From assembly GCA_035765895.1 (NCBI GenBank), contig DASTWL010000010.1, positions 7,281 through 71,280 on the forward strand: DNA of 64,000 nt, written 5' to 3'. The notes below the pieces were generated by a model. It was not told where the DNA came from and searched no databases. It saw only the letters and a list, made by a program, of their open reading frames with translations. The first letter of the stretch is position 1. Every line of letters starts with the position of its first letter. The DNA is from Verrucomicrobiia bacterium. Its GTDB lineage: Bacteria > Verrucomicrobiota > Verrucomicrobiia > Limisphaerales > DSYF01. Both the position numbers and the translations under genes were made by a program. Below, one piece after another: positions 54,729 to 64,000 of the stretch.

Positions 54729-57235
54729 CCTGCCTTCTCCTTTCGCGTTAAAAGGGCCACGGGAAACCGCAACAGCAGTTCCGCCAGTTTGATGGATGAC
54801 CCGGCCACGGTTTCACCAGTAAATTCGTTGTGCCATTCGCCGCCGGGCAGCTGCAGTTCGGTATCGGCCCAGTCCCCGGCCAGCCGCAGCACCAGGCGGG
54901 GCGCGACGACCACCACGTTTTTCCCGCGTTGAAAGGCAACGGCGTGGCGCGCCTTGCGCCCGCTGACCCGCAACACCGCGTAGCTGCTGCCCGCCCCGAA
55001 CTCTTCCGGCCGCCGACGGCGCAACTGCAGCGTCTTCTGCGTCAGCCAGAGTTTGGGCAGCCCGTCGGCGCGCCGCTGCCAGACCGTGTCGAGCGGCATC
55101 TGCCGCAGGGCGTTCAACAACCGCTCGCGCTGGTCGAAATCAACCGGGCGCCGGTTGTCCGGATCGACCAGGCTCCCGTCCCACAGTTCCGTGCCCTGAT
55201 AAATGTCCGGCACGCCGGGCGTGGTGAGCTTCAACAGGGCCTGCGCGAGGGAATTCACCCAGCCTGGCTCGACCAGCCGTTCTACAAAGCGGCCGACGTC
55301 GGCCAGAAAATTGGGGTCGCCCAGCGTCTGGGTAATGAATTCACGGATGACCCGTTCGTATTCGGCATTGCGGCGATTCCACGAAGTGTGCTGCTTGGCT
55401 TCGCACACAACTTTTTCCATGACGACCAACGCCCGGTCCAGTGGCAGGGGCCACGCGCCAACCAGTGTCTGGTAGTAGAAATATTCGCAGTTGCGATCCG
55501 GAAAACGGCCACTGCGATGCCGCTGGTTCATCGTGGACCAGCGCTCCACCGCCTGCCGCCATTCCTCGGGCAGCTCGGAAAGCAGGCACAGGCGGGCGCG
55601 CACATCTTCACTGCGCTTGGTGTCGTGCGTGGAGGTGGCGAGCATTGCCGCAGGCCAGCGTTGTTGGGCGTGCAGACAGGAAAGGTGGAAGCGCTCGGGC
55701 GTCAGCCCAAAATGCCCCGGCTCGCCGCCCACGGTGTTCAAGGCCACCAGCCGGTTGTAGCGGTAGCAGGCCGTGTCTTCCGCGCCCTTCGCCATGGCGG
55801 GACCGGTCAACTGTTGAAAGCGCATGACGAATTCACGCTCGGCCTCGCCGTCCCAGCGCAGCAACAGCAGGTCCGCGATGAAATCAAACAAGGCCGGTGC
55901 CAGATCGGGTCGTTCCCGCCGGGCGGCGTCCACCGCCTGCGTGATGAACAATTCGTCCGTCTCGCGCACCGTCCGCGTGTCGGCCTGCACATACGAACGA
56001 TACACGGGAAAGCAGGCGACCACTTCGATCAAGGCCTCGCGCAGGACGGGCGGCGGAACGAAAGTTCCGCGCCAGTTCCGCGCCGCGGCCTTGACGGCCC
56101 ATTGCAGCAGGCGGCTCACTTCGGCGGACAGCAACTCGCGCAACGCGAGCCGCTGGGCCTCACGCACGACGACGTCATAATCGCCCGGTTCGCCGGTGAA
56201 ACGGGTGTAGAGGTCCGTGAAGGCCGGTTCCGTCGAGGCGTCAATGAACAGCCCGCTGACGCGGTTCAGGAAGTCGTAACCGGTCGTCCCCGCGACCGGC
56301 CAGTCCTCCGGCAGCGATTCCTGCGCGCCCAGGATTTTTTCGACCACAAGCCAGACGTCCGGCGCCGCGGCGTGCAACTGGGCGAGGTAGCGGGCCGGGT
56401 CGCGCAGACCATCGATGTGATCCACGCGCAAGCCGTCCACCCAGCCGCGCCGGACCCATTCGAGGATGCGTTCATGCACGGCCGCGAACACTTCCGGCTC
56501 CTCGATGCGCAACCCCGCGAGAGAGGAAATGTTGAAGAAACGGCGGTAATTGACCTGCTTGTCCCCATAACCCCAGTGCGTCAGGCGATAGTGCTGCTGC
56601 TCCAGCACCTCATCCAGCAGAGCCGGACGGGAGTTCAGTTCCTTGAGCAGCTCCGGCAGCGTCCGCTGACCGATCCACTGGGGCGTCATCACGAGCGGAA
56701 AGGCATGTTCGAAGTAACCCACGACCGGCTGGCCTCGTTGCAACTGAACCTTGAACTCGCCCGCCTCGAGCACCGTGCGATATTCGCGGCCCAGCACGGG
56801 CAGCAGCACCTTGCCGCGCAGTTGTGGATCGGGCGGATTCCAATCGATGTCGAAATAATGGGCGAAACGGCTGCGGGTGCCGTGGGCAAGCACGTCCCAC
56901 CACCAGGCGTTGCCGGGACCAACGCCCATGTGATTTGGCACGATGTCGAGCACCAGCCCCATGCCGCGACGATGCAGCGCCTGAACGAGTGCCTCCAGGT
57001 CCGTCTCGGTGCCGAGCTCCGCATTCAAGCGGCTGAAGTCGCGAGTGTCATAGCCGTGCGTGCTGCCGGGCATGGCCTGCAACAACGGCGAGGCGTAAAC
57101 ATGACTGACACCGAGCTGATCCAGATACGGCACGAGCGCCTGCGCATCCCGCAGCGTGAAACGCGGCTGGAATTGCAGCCGGTAGGTGGCCCGCGGCACC
57201 CGGCTGCGGCCCGTTGCTGGCAGGGTGATCGTCAC
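54725..57235 (-). CDS. treY: Malto-oligosyltrehalose synthase (GH13)
   Basis: GTG start forming a GTGA overlap with the GH57 stop. ATYRLQFQPRFTLRDAQALVPYLDQLGVSHVYASPLLQAMPGSTHGYD, LVLDIVPNHMG, GLRVDHIDGL. Confidence 0.9.
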   Translation of the reverse strand: MTITLPATGRSRVPRATYRLQFQPRFTLRDAQALVPYLDQLGVSHVYASPLLQAMPGSTHGYDTRDFSRLNAELGTETDLEALVQALHRRGMGLVLDIVPNHMGVGPGNAWWWDVLAHGTRSRFAHYFDIDWNPPDPQLRGKVLLPVLGREYRTVLEAGEFKVQLQRGQPVVGYFEHAFPLVMTPQWIGQRTLPELLKELNSRPALLDEVLEQQHYRLTHWGYGDKQVNYRRFFNISSLAGLRIEEPEVFAAVHERILEWVRRGWVDGLRVDHIDGLRDPARYLAQLHAAAPDVWLVVEKILGAQESLPEDWPVAGTTGYDFLNRVSGLFIDASTEPAFTDLYTRFTGEPGDYDVVVREAQRLALRELLSAEVSRLLQWAVKAAARNWRGTFVPPPVLREALIEVVACFPVYRSYVQADTRTVRETDELFITQAVDAARRERPDLAPALFDFIADLLLLRWDGEAEREFVMRFQQLTGPAMAKGAEDTACYRYNRLVALNTVGGEPGHFGLTPERFHLSCLHAQQRWPAAMLATSTHDTKRSEDVRARLCLLSELPEEWRQAVERWSTMNQRHRSGRFPDRNCEYFYYQTLVGAWPLPLDRALVVMEKVVCEAKQHTSWNRRNAEYERVIREFITQTLGDPNFLADVGRFVERLVEPGWVNSLAQALLKLTTPGVPDIYQGTELWDGSLVDPDNRRPVDFDQRERLLNALRQMPLDTVWQRRADGLPKLWLTQKTLQLRRRRPEEFGAGSSYAVLRVSGRKARHAVAFQRGKNVVVVAPRLVLRLAGDWADTELQLPGGEWHNEFTGETVAGSSIKLAELLLRFPVALLTRKEKAG

Positions 57236-59667
57236 GCCGTTCCTCCCTCGATTTTGAACACCAGTTTTTCACCCAGCCGGTCAAACTGCTCGACCCACGC
57301 CCGGGCCGCGGCGTCGTCCGCCGCCCGCGCGCGATGGCTCGGCGCCACGTCATGGAGCAGACGGAAGTATAGATTCTGCGTCTTCCACAAGTTGACCTCG
57401 ATGCCGATGGATTGCACCGCCTCCGCCACCTCCGCGGCACGTGCCAGCAGGGCGGCATCATCCGCCGCCTGCGTCAACCGTTCCAGTCGCCGGTCCAGGT
57501 GCGACTTGATCGCATAGGCCAGTTCCTCGGTGTGAAGCTCCACGCTGCCGGCATGCGCTTCATCCGCGAGCATGCGCACCCGCGCCAGGTCCGGCTCCTC
57601 CGCTTCGAACTGCCGGCGCAGCTCGGCGTTCAGCACATAATCCGCCGCCGTCTTGAGCGCGGTCGGCAATGGCGCGTCGATGTCCTTCAGGAAGCGCATC
57701 AACGGCATGTATTGGTCGGTGATCTGCCGGTAACGGCTCTCCAAATCCTGGCCGGTGGACGCCAGAATCAGGTTGAGAATCTTCCGCTGCTCGTCCCGGA
57801 AGAGATCCTTCAACGAATAATTCGATTCGCCAAAATGCCGGTCCATGAGCCGGATGACCCGCGGAAAATCCGCGCGCCCGAAGGCCTCGCGCAGGTCGCT
57901 CAGCAGGGTTTGAAACTCCTCCTCGCCGCGGAAATACCGGACGCCGCAGTTGACGTTGTGATCGCCGAGATGCAGCGCCGCGTAGCTGAGCAGGTCCGCT
58001 GCCCCCGTGATTTCAAACGTCACCCGGGCGCGGCCGAGGATCAGCCGGGCCTTGCCGGCCTCCAGCTCCTCGCGGTGCTGTTGCTCGAAGTGGAAACGAT
58101 AAATGCGCGCCTTCTCCGGATACCGCTCGAACAGGGAACTCACGGCAAAATGTGCCCCCAGCCATTCGCGGTCCATCGTGGACGGCTTCACAAACTTCTC
58201 GAAAATAAGCCGCCCGTTGCGGTGCTCGGCGAGATTGCTGCGCGCGCGCGCCAGCCGGTCGAGAAAGGCCGGTTCAAGGTCCCGCCCCGTCACGCCGCGC
58301 GCCAGTTGCAGGGCCCGGCCGGCGTAGCACATGATCTGCACGGTCTCGATGCCGGACAGCTCGTCAAAGAACCAGCCGCAACTGGTGAACATCAGCATCG
58401 CATGCCGCTGCATTTCCAGCAGCCGGAGCGCGGTCAGGCGTTCCTCCTCGCTCAATTCACGCGCCGCATGCTCGCGCAGAAACCGCGTCACGTTCTCCTC
58501 CGAGCGGTCGAGGATCACGGAAATATAGGCGTCGCGGGCCCGCCACGGATCGTGGAAGAGCTCGCCGGCCCGGGTTTCAAACTGCGGCGCCAATTCATCC
58601 CGCAGCCAGTCCAGCGCATCCCGCAACGGCTGCCGCCAGCGCTGATTCCAGCCGGGCCGCCCGCCGCTGTTGCACCCGCAGTCGCTGTGCCAGCGGCGCA
58701 CGCCATGGGAACAGCTCCACGCGCTTTTCTCGTGAATCCTGACCTCGTGCGTGGGCGGATGCCGCTCCAGAAACTCGCCGTAGTTGGTCAGCGCCGCGAG
58801 CTGGTTGGACTCGATGTAATGCAGCGCCGCGGCCAGGCCCATTTCCCCGTAATGATGATGGTGGCCATACGATTCGCCGTCGGTGGCGATGTGCATGAGC
58901 TGCGGCCAGTCCCGGCCGTCGTCGTAACCCTCCAGCAGCCGGTGCGCAAACGCCTCCCCGCTGTTCAACAGGTATTCGAACGCCACCGCCTTGGAAACCG
59001 GCGCGTCGTAAAAGAACACCGCGATGCTGCGCCCCGACGGCAGGTTCACCTGATAGGCCCGCGACGGATCGATGTGCCCGCCGTTGACATCGGTCCAGTG
59101 CGGCTCGCCCAGCGGACGAATGCGCGCCGCCTGATACGGCGAGAGAATGGTGAACTTGATGCCCTGCGCGGCCAGGACTTCCAGCGACGCCTCGTCCGCG
59201 GCGCATTCCGGCAGCCACAGGCCCTCGGGCAGACGCCCGAACCGATGCTCGAAGTCGCGGATCCCCCAGATGACCTGCGTGACCTTGTCCCGCCGGTTCG
59301 AGAGCGGCAGAATCATGTGGTTGTAGGCCTGCGCCAGCGCGCCGCCGTGACCGGAAAAGCGTTCGCGGCCGCGGCGATCGGCCTCCACCACCGAGGCGAG
59401 CACATCCGGCGCCTTCTCCTCCATCCACGCCAGCAACGTCGGCCCGAAATTGAAACTGATGGACGAGTAATTGTTGACGATGTCGATGATGCGGCCCTCG
59501 GCATCGAGGCGGCGTGCGGTGGCGTTGGGGGCGTAACACTCGGCCGTGATGCGCTCATTCCAGTCGTGATACGGAAACGCCGAGTCCTGCAGCTCGACCG
59601 CTTCGAGCCAGGGGTTTTCGCGCGGCGGCTGGTAGAAATGGCCATGAATGCACAGGTATTTTTCCAT
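57232..59667 (-). CDS. GH57-family alpha-glucan-active enzyme with long C-terminal (DUF3536-like) domain
   Basis: N-terminus MEKYLCIHGHFYQPPRENPW is the GH57 signature, together with HIATDGESYGHHH. 811 aa. Confidence 0.85.
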   Translation of the reverse strand: MEKYLCIHGHFYQPPRENPWLEAVELQDSAFPYHDWNERITAECYAPNATARRLDAEGRIIDIVNNYSSISFNFGPTLLAWMEEKAPDVLASVVEADRRGRERFSGHGGALAQAYNHMILPLSNRRDKVTQVIWGIRDFEHRFGRLPEGLWLPECAADEASLEVLAAQGIKFTILSPYQAARIRPLGEPHWTDVNGGHIDPSRAYQVNLPSGRSIAVFFYDAPVSKAVAFEYLLNSGEAFAHRLLEGYDDGRDWPQLMHIATDGESYGHHHHYGEMGLAAALHYIESNQLAALTNYGEFLERHPPTHEVRIHEKSAWSCSHGVRRWHSDCGCNSGGRPGWNQRWRQPLRDALDWLRDELAPQFETRAGELFHDPWRARDAYISVILDRSEENVTRFLREHAARELSEEERLTALRLLEMQRHAMLMFTSCGWFFDELSGIETVQIMCYAGRALQLARGVTGRDLEPAFLDRLARARSNLAEHRNGRLIFEKFVKPSTMDREWLGAHFAVSSLFERYPEKARIYRFHFEQQHREELEAGKARLILGRARVTFEITGAADLLSYAALHLGDHNVNCGVRYFRGEEEFQTLLSDLREAFGRADFPRVIRLMDRHFGESNYSLKDLFRDEQRKILNLILASTGQDLESRYRQITDQYMPLMRFLKDIDAPLPTALKTAADYVLNAELRRQFEAEEPDLARVRMLADEAHAGSVELHTEELAYAIKSHLDRRLERLTQAADDAALLARAAEVAEAVQSIGIEVNLWKTQNLYFRLLHDVAPSHRARAADDAAARAWVEQFDRLGEKLVFKIEGGTA

Positions 59668-59700
59668 GAAGCAACGGACGGACTCAGTATGGTTTCGGGT

Positions 59701-62700
59701 TCAGGTGACAACATCCGGCGCCGCGGCTGAGGCCGCGGCGGCGTGGGCGACTTCGAGCAAATTCAAAATGCCGCGCAGGGGCACGTGCAACCAGTCGGGG
59801 CGCGCGGCGAGTTCGACGCCGATTTCATGCACGGCGTGGTTGAGCAGATACGCCCGCAGCATCAGGCGCAGCTCCTGTTCGGATTGCGGCAGCACTTCCG
59901 ATGCGGCCATCCGGGCAAAGTAGGCCCGCAAGTAAGCGAGGCTGACGGCCCGATACCAGAGCCGCGCCCAGGGCTCGAAGGGTTGCAGCCGGCCCGGATC
60001 GAGCGAGCCGCGTTGCGCGTGTTCGTGCAATCCGGCCCACGCCACGTAGTGGAACGAGCGCACCATGCCCGCGACATCCCGCAACGGCGACCGCTTGATG
60101 ATGCGTTCGCTCGCGGGCAGCGCCGGGTCGCCCTCGAAATCGATCAGGACGAAATCTTTGCCCGTGTAGAGGAGTTGTCCCAGGTGAAAATCGCCGTGGC
60201 AACGGATGCGGCGCGCCGTGAGACGGCTGCGGTAAAGCGTCCGGTAGCACTCCAGAATCTCCGGCTCCCGGTCGCAGACGGTGCGCGCCAGCTCCGCGGT
60301 TTCGGGCGGCAGCAGCCGCAGGCCCTTCCGCAGCCGGCGGAAGTTCTGGTTGGCGAGGTTCCGCATGGATTGGAACAGGCCGCGCACATAGTGCGGCGTG
60401 AAGGGCTCGGGCGCGAACTGGCGATCCTCGGTTTCGGCCGCAAACACCAGATGCATCTCCGCCGTGCGCTCGCCAAGCACGCGCGCCGAATCCAGATACG
60501 TGCCCACGGTGGACGCCACCGGCGCGTCGAGCACGTCGCCGACCAGGCCCGCGGAACGCAAATCCAGTTCCGGGGCGCTCTGCCCTTCGTTGATGCCGGC
60601 CGAAGCGCGTTCGTAGAAGCGGCCGAGGGCTTCGAGGGTGTAATCCCACGCCGTCCGGGCGTGCGGGATGTAGCCGCTCAACACCGCCAGCGTGAAGTGT
60701 TCATCCCGCTCCGTGCGGCATTCGACGGCACCGGCGAACGGCTGGGCGTGCGCGAATTCGTGCCGGACAAACAGCTCGCCCATTTCGCGCTCAGGATTCA
60801 GTCCCGGGAACAGGCGCCGGAAGAATTTCAGCACGAACCGGTCGCCAAAGAGGACCGAGGAATTGCGCTGGGCCGCCTTGAGCGCGGTCGTGGCCGGCGG
60901 GGGCTGCTTGCCGACAATCTGCCGGAACAGCGGCGACCGCACGCCTTCGAGTTCACCCGCGTCGTCCTTGATCCGGCGGCGGCCGGCAATCAGCTCAAAC
61001 AGGGCCACGTGGAACGCGCGGCTGCCGACGGCGTCGTAAAGCACGCCCGTTTCGCCGGAATCGGCCAGCACCAGTTCGGTGATGACGCCCCGCCCCTGCT
61101 CGACGCCCACATCCAGGGCCGCTCCACCCGCGGCAAACGCCAGCGGCAGCGCGTAAAGTTCGGCGTCGGCGCCCACACACTCCACCTGCAAGAGCACGAG
61201 GCAGGTATCCACACCATCGGCGGGCACGGTGAACACCTCGCGAATCGTCACCTGCTTGATCACGCGCGCCCGGTTGGAGAACCAGGGCTGTCCGCGCAAC
61301 CAGTCGGGCAGCCGGCTTTCGAGCTGCGCCTTGGGCTTGTCCTTCAAGACCGCCAGCCATTCGCCATGGACGCGGATGGCGCCGGGCGTCGTGGTCATGC
61401 CCAGCGTGCCGGCCGTCAACGCGGCCGTGGCGCGCAGTTCGAGCGAGAACCAGTTGAAGGCATGCGGGCTGAGGGTGAGGAAATAGGGCTTGTCGGTGAT
61501 GGTCGGAAACTCCATGCGGCCGAACAATTCCACGGGCACGTAGCCGTTGAACGCCGCGAGATCGAGTTCCACCGGCTGCGCGAACCGCGACAGGTTGGCG
61601 ATCATGAGAATCGTCTCCTGCTCGAAGCGCAGCAGGTAGCTGATGACCTTGTGATTCTCGGGATTGAGGAATTCGCATTTCCCCTCGCCCAGGGCGCGCC
61701 AGCGTTTGCGCAGGGCCAGCACGCGGCGCATCCACCACAGCAGCGAATGCGGATTTTGCATCTGCGCCTCCACGTTGACCGCCTCGTAGTGGTATTCCGG
61801 ATCGTAAATGATGGGCAGGTAAAGCGCCTGCGGATTGGCGCGGGAAAAGCCGGCGTTCTTGTCCGAACTCCATTGCATCGGGGTGCGCACGCCGTTGCGG
61901 TCGCCGAGGTAGATGTTTTCCCCCATGCCAATCTCGTCGCCGTAGTAGAGCACGGGCGTGCCGGGCAGCGAGAGCAGCAGCGCGTTCAACAGCTCGATGC
62001 GCCGGCGGTCGTTGCCGAGCAACGGCGCAAGCCGGCGGCGGATGCCCAGGTTGAGCCGCGCCCGGTTCACGTGGGCATACATGCGATACATGTAGTCGCG
62101 CTCCTCGTCGGTCACCATTTCCAGCGTAAGCTCGTCGTGGTTGCGCAGGAACAGCGCCCACTGGCTCGTCTCGGGAATCGGCGGCGTCTGCTCGAGAATG
62201 TCCACGATGGGCGTGCGGTCCTCCATGCGCAGCGCCATGAACAGGCGCGGCATGAGCGGGAAGTGAAAGGCCATGTGGCATTCGTCCCCCCGGCCCTCGC
62301 CAAAATACGCCACCGCGTCCTCGGGCCATTGGTTGGCCTCCGCCAGCAACATGCGGTCGCCGTATTTTTCATCCACATGCCGGCGCAGGCGCTTCAACGC
62401 CACGTGGGTTTCCGGCAGGTTTTCGCAACTGGTGCCCTCGCGTTCGTAAAGGTAGGGCACCGCGTCCAGCCGCAGCCCGTCCACGCCCAGGTCGAACCAG
62501 AAGTCGATCACCTTGACCATCTCGTCATACAGCTCCGGGTTCTCCCAGTTGAGATCGGGCTGGTGGGAAAAAAACCGGTGCCAGTAGTAGGCACCCGCCA
62601 CGTCGTCCCACGCCCAGTTGGAGACTTCGATGTCCTTGAAGATGATGCGCGCGTCCTTGTATTGGTCGGGCGAATCGCTCCAGACGTAGTAATTGCGCCA

Positions 62701-63102
62701 GCGGCTGCCCGGCTTGGCCCGCCGCGCCCGCTGAAACCACGGATGCTGGTCGGAGGTGTGGTTGAGGACCAGTTCGGTGATGACGCGCAAACCGCGCCGG
62801 TGCGCCTCGCGCAGGAACACCTTGAAGTCGCCCAGCGTGCCATACATCGGGTGCACGTCGAAGTAATCCGCGGTGTCGTAGCCGTCATCCTTGAGTGGCG
62901 AGGGATAAAACGGCAGCAGCCAGAGCGCGGTGACGCCGAGATCCTTGAGGTAATCCAGCCTGGACGTCAGGCCGCGAAAGTCGCCGATGCCGTTGTCGTC
63001 GCTGTCGGCGAAGGCGCGGACGTGCAGTTCGTAAATGACGCCGCTCTTATACCAGAAGGGATCGGGCGGCAGGCCGGCGGAGTTGGCAGATGCGTCGCTC
63101 AT
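59701..63102 (-). CDS. treS: Trehalose synthase (maltose alpha-D-glucosyltransferase, GH13) fused to a Pep2-type maltokinase
   Basis: The track ORF extends to 63324. ATG at 63102 ([31 protein letters not shown]) forms an ATGA overlap with the MscS stop. TreS blocks: [75 protein letters not shown]. The C-terminal ~530 aa is kinase-like, with [25 protein letters not shown]. Confidence 0.9.
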   Translation of the reverse strand: MSDASANSAGLPPDPFWYKSGVIYELHVRAFADSDDNGIGDFRGLTSRLDYLKDLGVTALWLLPFYPSPLKDDGYDTADYFDVHPMYGTLGDFKVFLREAHRRGLRVITELVLNHTSDQHPWFQRARRAKPGSRWRNYYVWSDSPDQYKDARIIFKDIEVSNWAWDDVAGAYYWHRFFSHQPDLNWENPELYDEMVKVIDFWFDLGVDGLRLDAVPYLYEREGTSCENLPETHVALKRLRRHVDEKYGDRMLLAEANQWPEDAVAYFGEGRGDECHMAFHFPLMPRLFMALRMEDRTPIVDILEQTPPIPETSQWALFLRNHDELTLEMVTDEERDYMYRMYAHVNRARLNLGIRRRLAPLLGNDRRRIELLNALLLSLPGTPVLYYGDEIGMGENIYLGDRNGVRTPMQWSSDKNAGFSRANPQALYLPIIYDPEYHYEAVNVEAQMQNPHSLLWWMRRVLALRKRWRALGEGKCEFLNPENHKVISYLLRFEQETILMIANLSRFAQPVELDLAAFNGYVPVELFGRMEFPTITDKPYFLTLSPHAFNWFSLELRATAALTAGTLGMTTTPGAIRVHGEWLAVLKDKPKAQLESRLPDWLRGQPWFSNRARVIKQVTIREVFTVPADGVDTCLVLLQVECVGADAELYALPLAFAAGGAALDVGVEQGRGVITELVLADSGETGVLYDAVGSRAFHVALFELIAGRRRIKDDAGELEGVRSPLFRQIVGKQPPPATTALKAAQRNSSVLFGDRFVLKFFRRLFPGLNPEREMGELFVRHEFAHAQPFAGAVECRTERDEHFTLAVLSGYIPHARTAWDYTLEALGRFYERASAGINEGQSAPELDLRSAGLVGDVLDAPVASTVGTYLDSARVLGERTAEMHLVFAAETEDRQFAPEPFTPHYVRGLFQSMRNLANQNFRRLRKGLRLLPPETAELARTVCDREPEILECYRTLYRSRLTARRIRCHGDFHLGQLLYTGKDFVLIDFEGDPALPASERIIKRSPLRDVAGMVRSFHYVAWAGLHEHAQRGSLDPGRLQPFEPWARLWYRAVSLAYLRAYFARMAASEVLPQSEQELRLMLRAYLLNHAVHEIGVELAARPDWLHVPLRGILNLLEVAHAAAASAAAPDVVT

Positions 63103-64000
63103 GATTTTGCGGCCGGCCGGGCCGGTTGCCCATGCGACAGTTCGGCCCGCGTGCGCGGCAGGCTGTCCGGATGGGTGCGTTGCAGGAAATCGACCAGCTT
63201 CTCGCGCACAAGGCAACGCAAATCCCACGCAGCCGAGGCATCGGCGGCGCTGACCAGCACCCGCACTTCCAGGACGTTTTCCTTCGAGTCGGTCACCTGA
63301 ATGCCTTTGACGCGTCCGTCCCACAACTTGGTCCCGGCCAGGACGCGGTCGAGTTCCTCCCGCAGCGCCGACACCGGCACGGTGTAGTCGGTGTAGAGAT
63401 AAACCGTCCCCAGCAAATCCGCCGAAATGCGGGTCCAGTTCTGGAACGGCTTCTCGATGAAGTAATTGATGGGCACGATGAGCCGGCGCTGGTCCCAGAT
63501 CAACACCACCACGTAGGTGAGTGTGATCTCCTCAATCCGCCCCCACTCGTTTTCCACGATCACGACGTCGTCGAGACGGATGGGCTGGGTCATCGCAATT
63601 TGAAAGCCCGCAAGCACGGTGGCAATGCTGCGCTGGGCCGCGAAGCCCACGATGATGCCGGCCACTCCCGCCGAGGCCAGAAGGCTGGTGCCCAGTTGCC
63701 GCACCGCATCGAACACCATCAACATCGACGCGGTCGTGAACAGAATGATGACCACGATCGCAATCTTCTTCAGCACCTTGACCTGCGTGTAAACCTTGCG
63801 CGCCTCCAGGTTGTCCTTCACGTCGATCCGGAACTGGGCCAGGACGGCTTCCTCCACGGCATTCACGAGCTGAAACAGAATGAAGCCGATGGCGCCGATC
63901 AGGAGCAGGCTCGCGGCCTGTTTGAAAAACTCGTGCGAGGTGACGGACAAATTGAGCGCTGGCACGACAAAAATCACCGCCAGCAGCGGAATGATGAGCC
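63099..64000 (-). CDS. MscS-family mechanosensitive ion channel, partial (N-terminus beyond the right window edge)
   Basis: The frame remains open to position 64000 (..[15 protein letters not shown]..). MscS pore and beta-domain pattern: [71 protein letters not shown]. Confidence 0.85.
   Translation of the reverse strand, partial: LIIPLLAVIFVVPALNLSVTSHEFFKQAASLLLIGAIGFILFQLVNAVEEAVLAQFRIDVKDNLEARKVYTQVKVLKKIAIVVIILFTTASMLMVFDAVRQLGTSLLASAGVAGIIVGFAAQRSIATVLAGFQIAMTQPIRLDDVVIVENEWGRIEEITLTYVVVLIWDQRRLIVPINYFIEKPFQNWTRISADLLGTVYLYTDYTVPVSALREELDRVLAGTKLWDGRVKGIQVTDSKENVLEVRVLVSAADASAAWDLRCLVREKLVDFLQRTHPDSLPRTRAELSHGQPARPAAKS

Noticed and set aside
59743-63300. Very long plus-strand ORFs (1185 aa here; also 54830..57517 at 895 aa, 57412..59730 at 772 aa, 28122..30008 at 628 aa, 41022..42731 at 569 aa, 13060..14757 at 565 aa, 10604..12241 at 545 aa, 44439..45971 at 510 aa, 6394..7794 at 466 aa).
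   Set aside because: Each is exactly antisense to a minus-strand gene with clear family motifs (TreS-Pep2, TreY, GH57, peptidase, GH29, GH127-like, esterase, GH51, GH2). Their translations are R/G/A/P/H-rich, low in complexity and without recognisable domains. Stop-codon-poor antisense frames are expected in high-GC DNA.

Overview
High-GC bacterial chromosomal window. The gene content is typical of the PVC superphylum, most likely Verrucomicrobiota: a DUF1559-type pseudopilin, a Tat-Gfo/Idh/MocA + DUF1080 pair, bactofilins and many secreted CAZymes. Layout: (i) 1-29957 holds 17 co-directional minus-strand genes. They form a polysaccharide/glycoprotein-degradation array (metallophosphoesterase, six-hairpin GH, DUF1080 + GFO oxidoreductase, GH2-PA14, GH27-NPCBM, SASA esterase, GH127-like, BNR-propeller, pseudopilin, GH95, an orphan 957-aa protein, a metzincin-like peptidase). 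A 4-gene sugar-acid cassette (AKR, Na+/solute symporter, Zn-ADH, cog3618 lactonase) is embedded in it. (ii) 30.2-37.6 kb, plus strand: rpmI-rplT-pheS-[low-GC orphan ORF]-[secreted NPP phosphodiesterase]-pheT-trpB2. (iii) 37.6-46.4 kb, minus strand: two bactofilins, rnhA, manC-like, GH29, trpA, AKR, GH51. (iv) 46.5-52.5 kb, plus strand: an uncharacterised three-gene envelope module with Cys motifs, then proA, an ATP-grasp-like gene, MarC and VanZ. (v) 53-64 kb, minus strand: MscS / TreS-Pep2 fusion / GH57 / TreY / TreZ operon. I found no rRNA, tRNA, CRISPR array, transposase, integrase, recognisable defence system or transcription factor. The ORF track uses ATG/GTG/TTG and the longest ORF, so several starts were trimmed by hand. 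One edge-truncated gene (1-987) is missing from the track. The most unusual observations are: a 63-bp nested palindromic repeat inserted in frame in pheS; the pheS-pheT pair split by a low-GC orphan gene; the Cys-motif envelope trio at 46.5-48.7 kb with a structured spacer; and the orphan 957-aa secreted protein in the CAZyme array. None amounts to a demonstrable new system from sequence alone. All family calls are motif recognition by eye and need HMM/BLAST confirmation.
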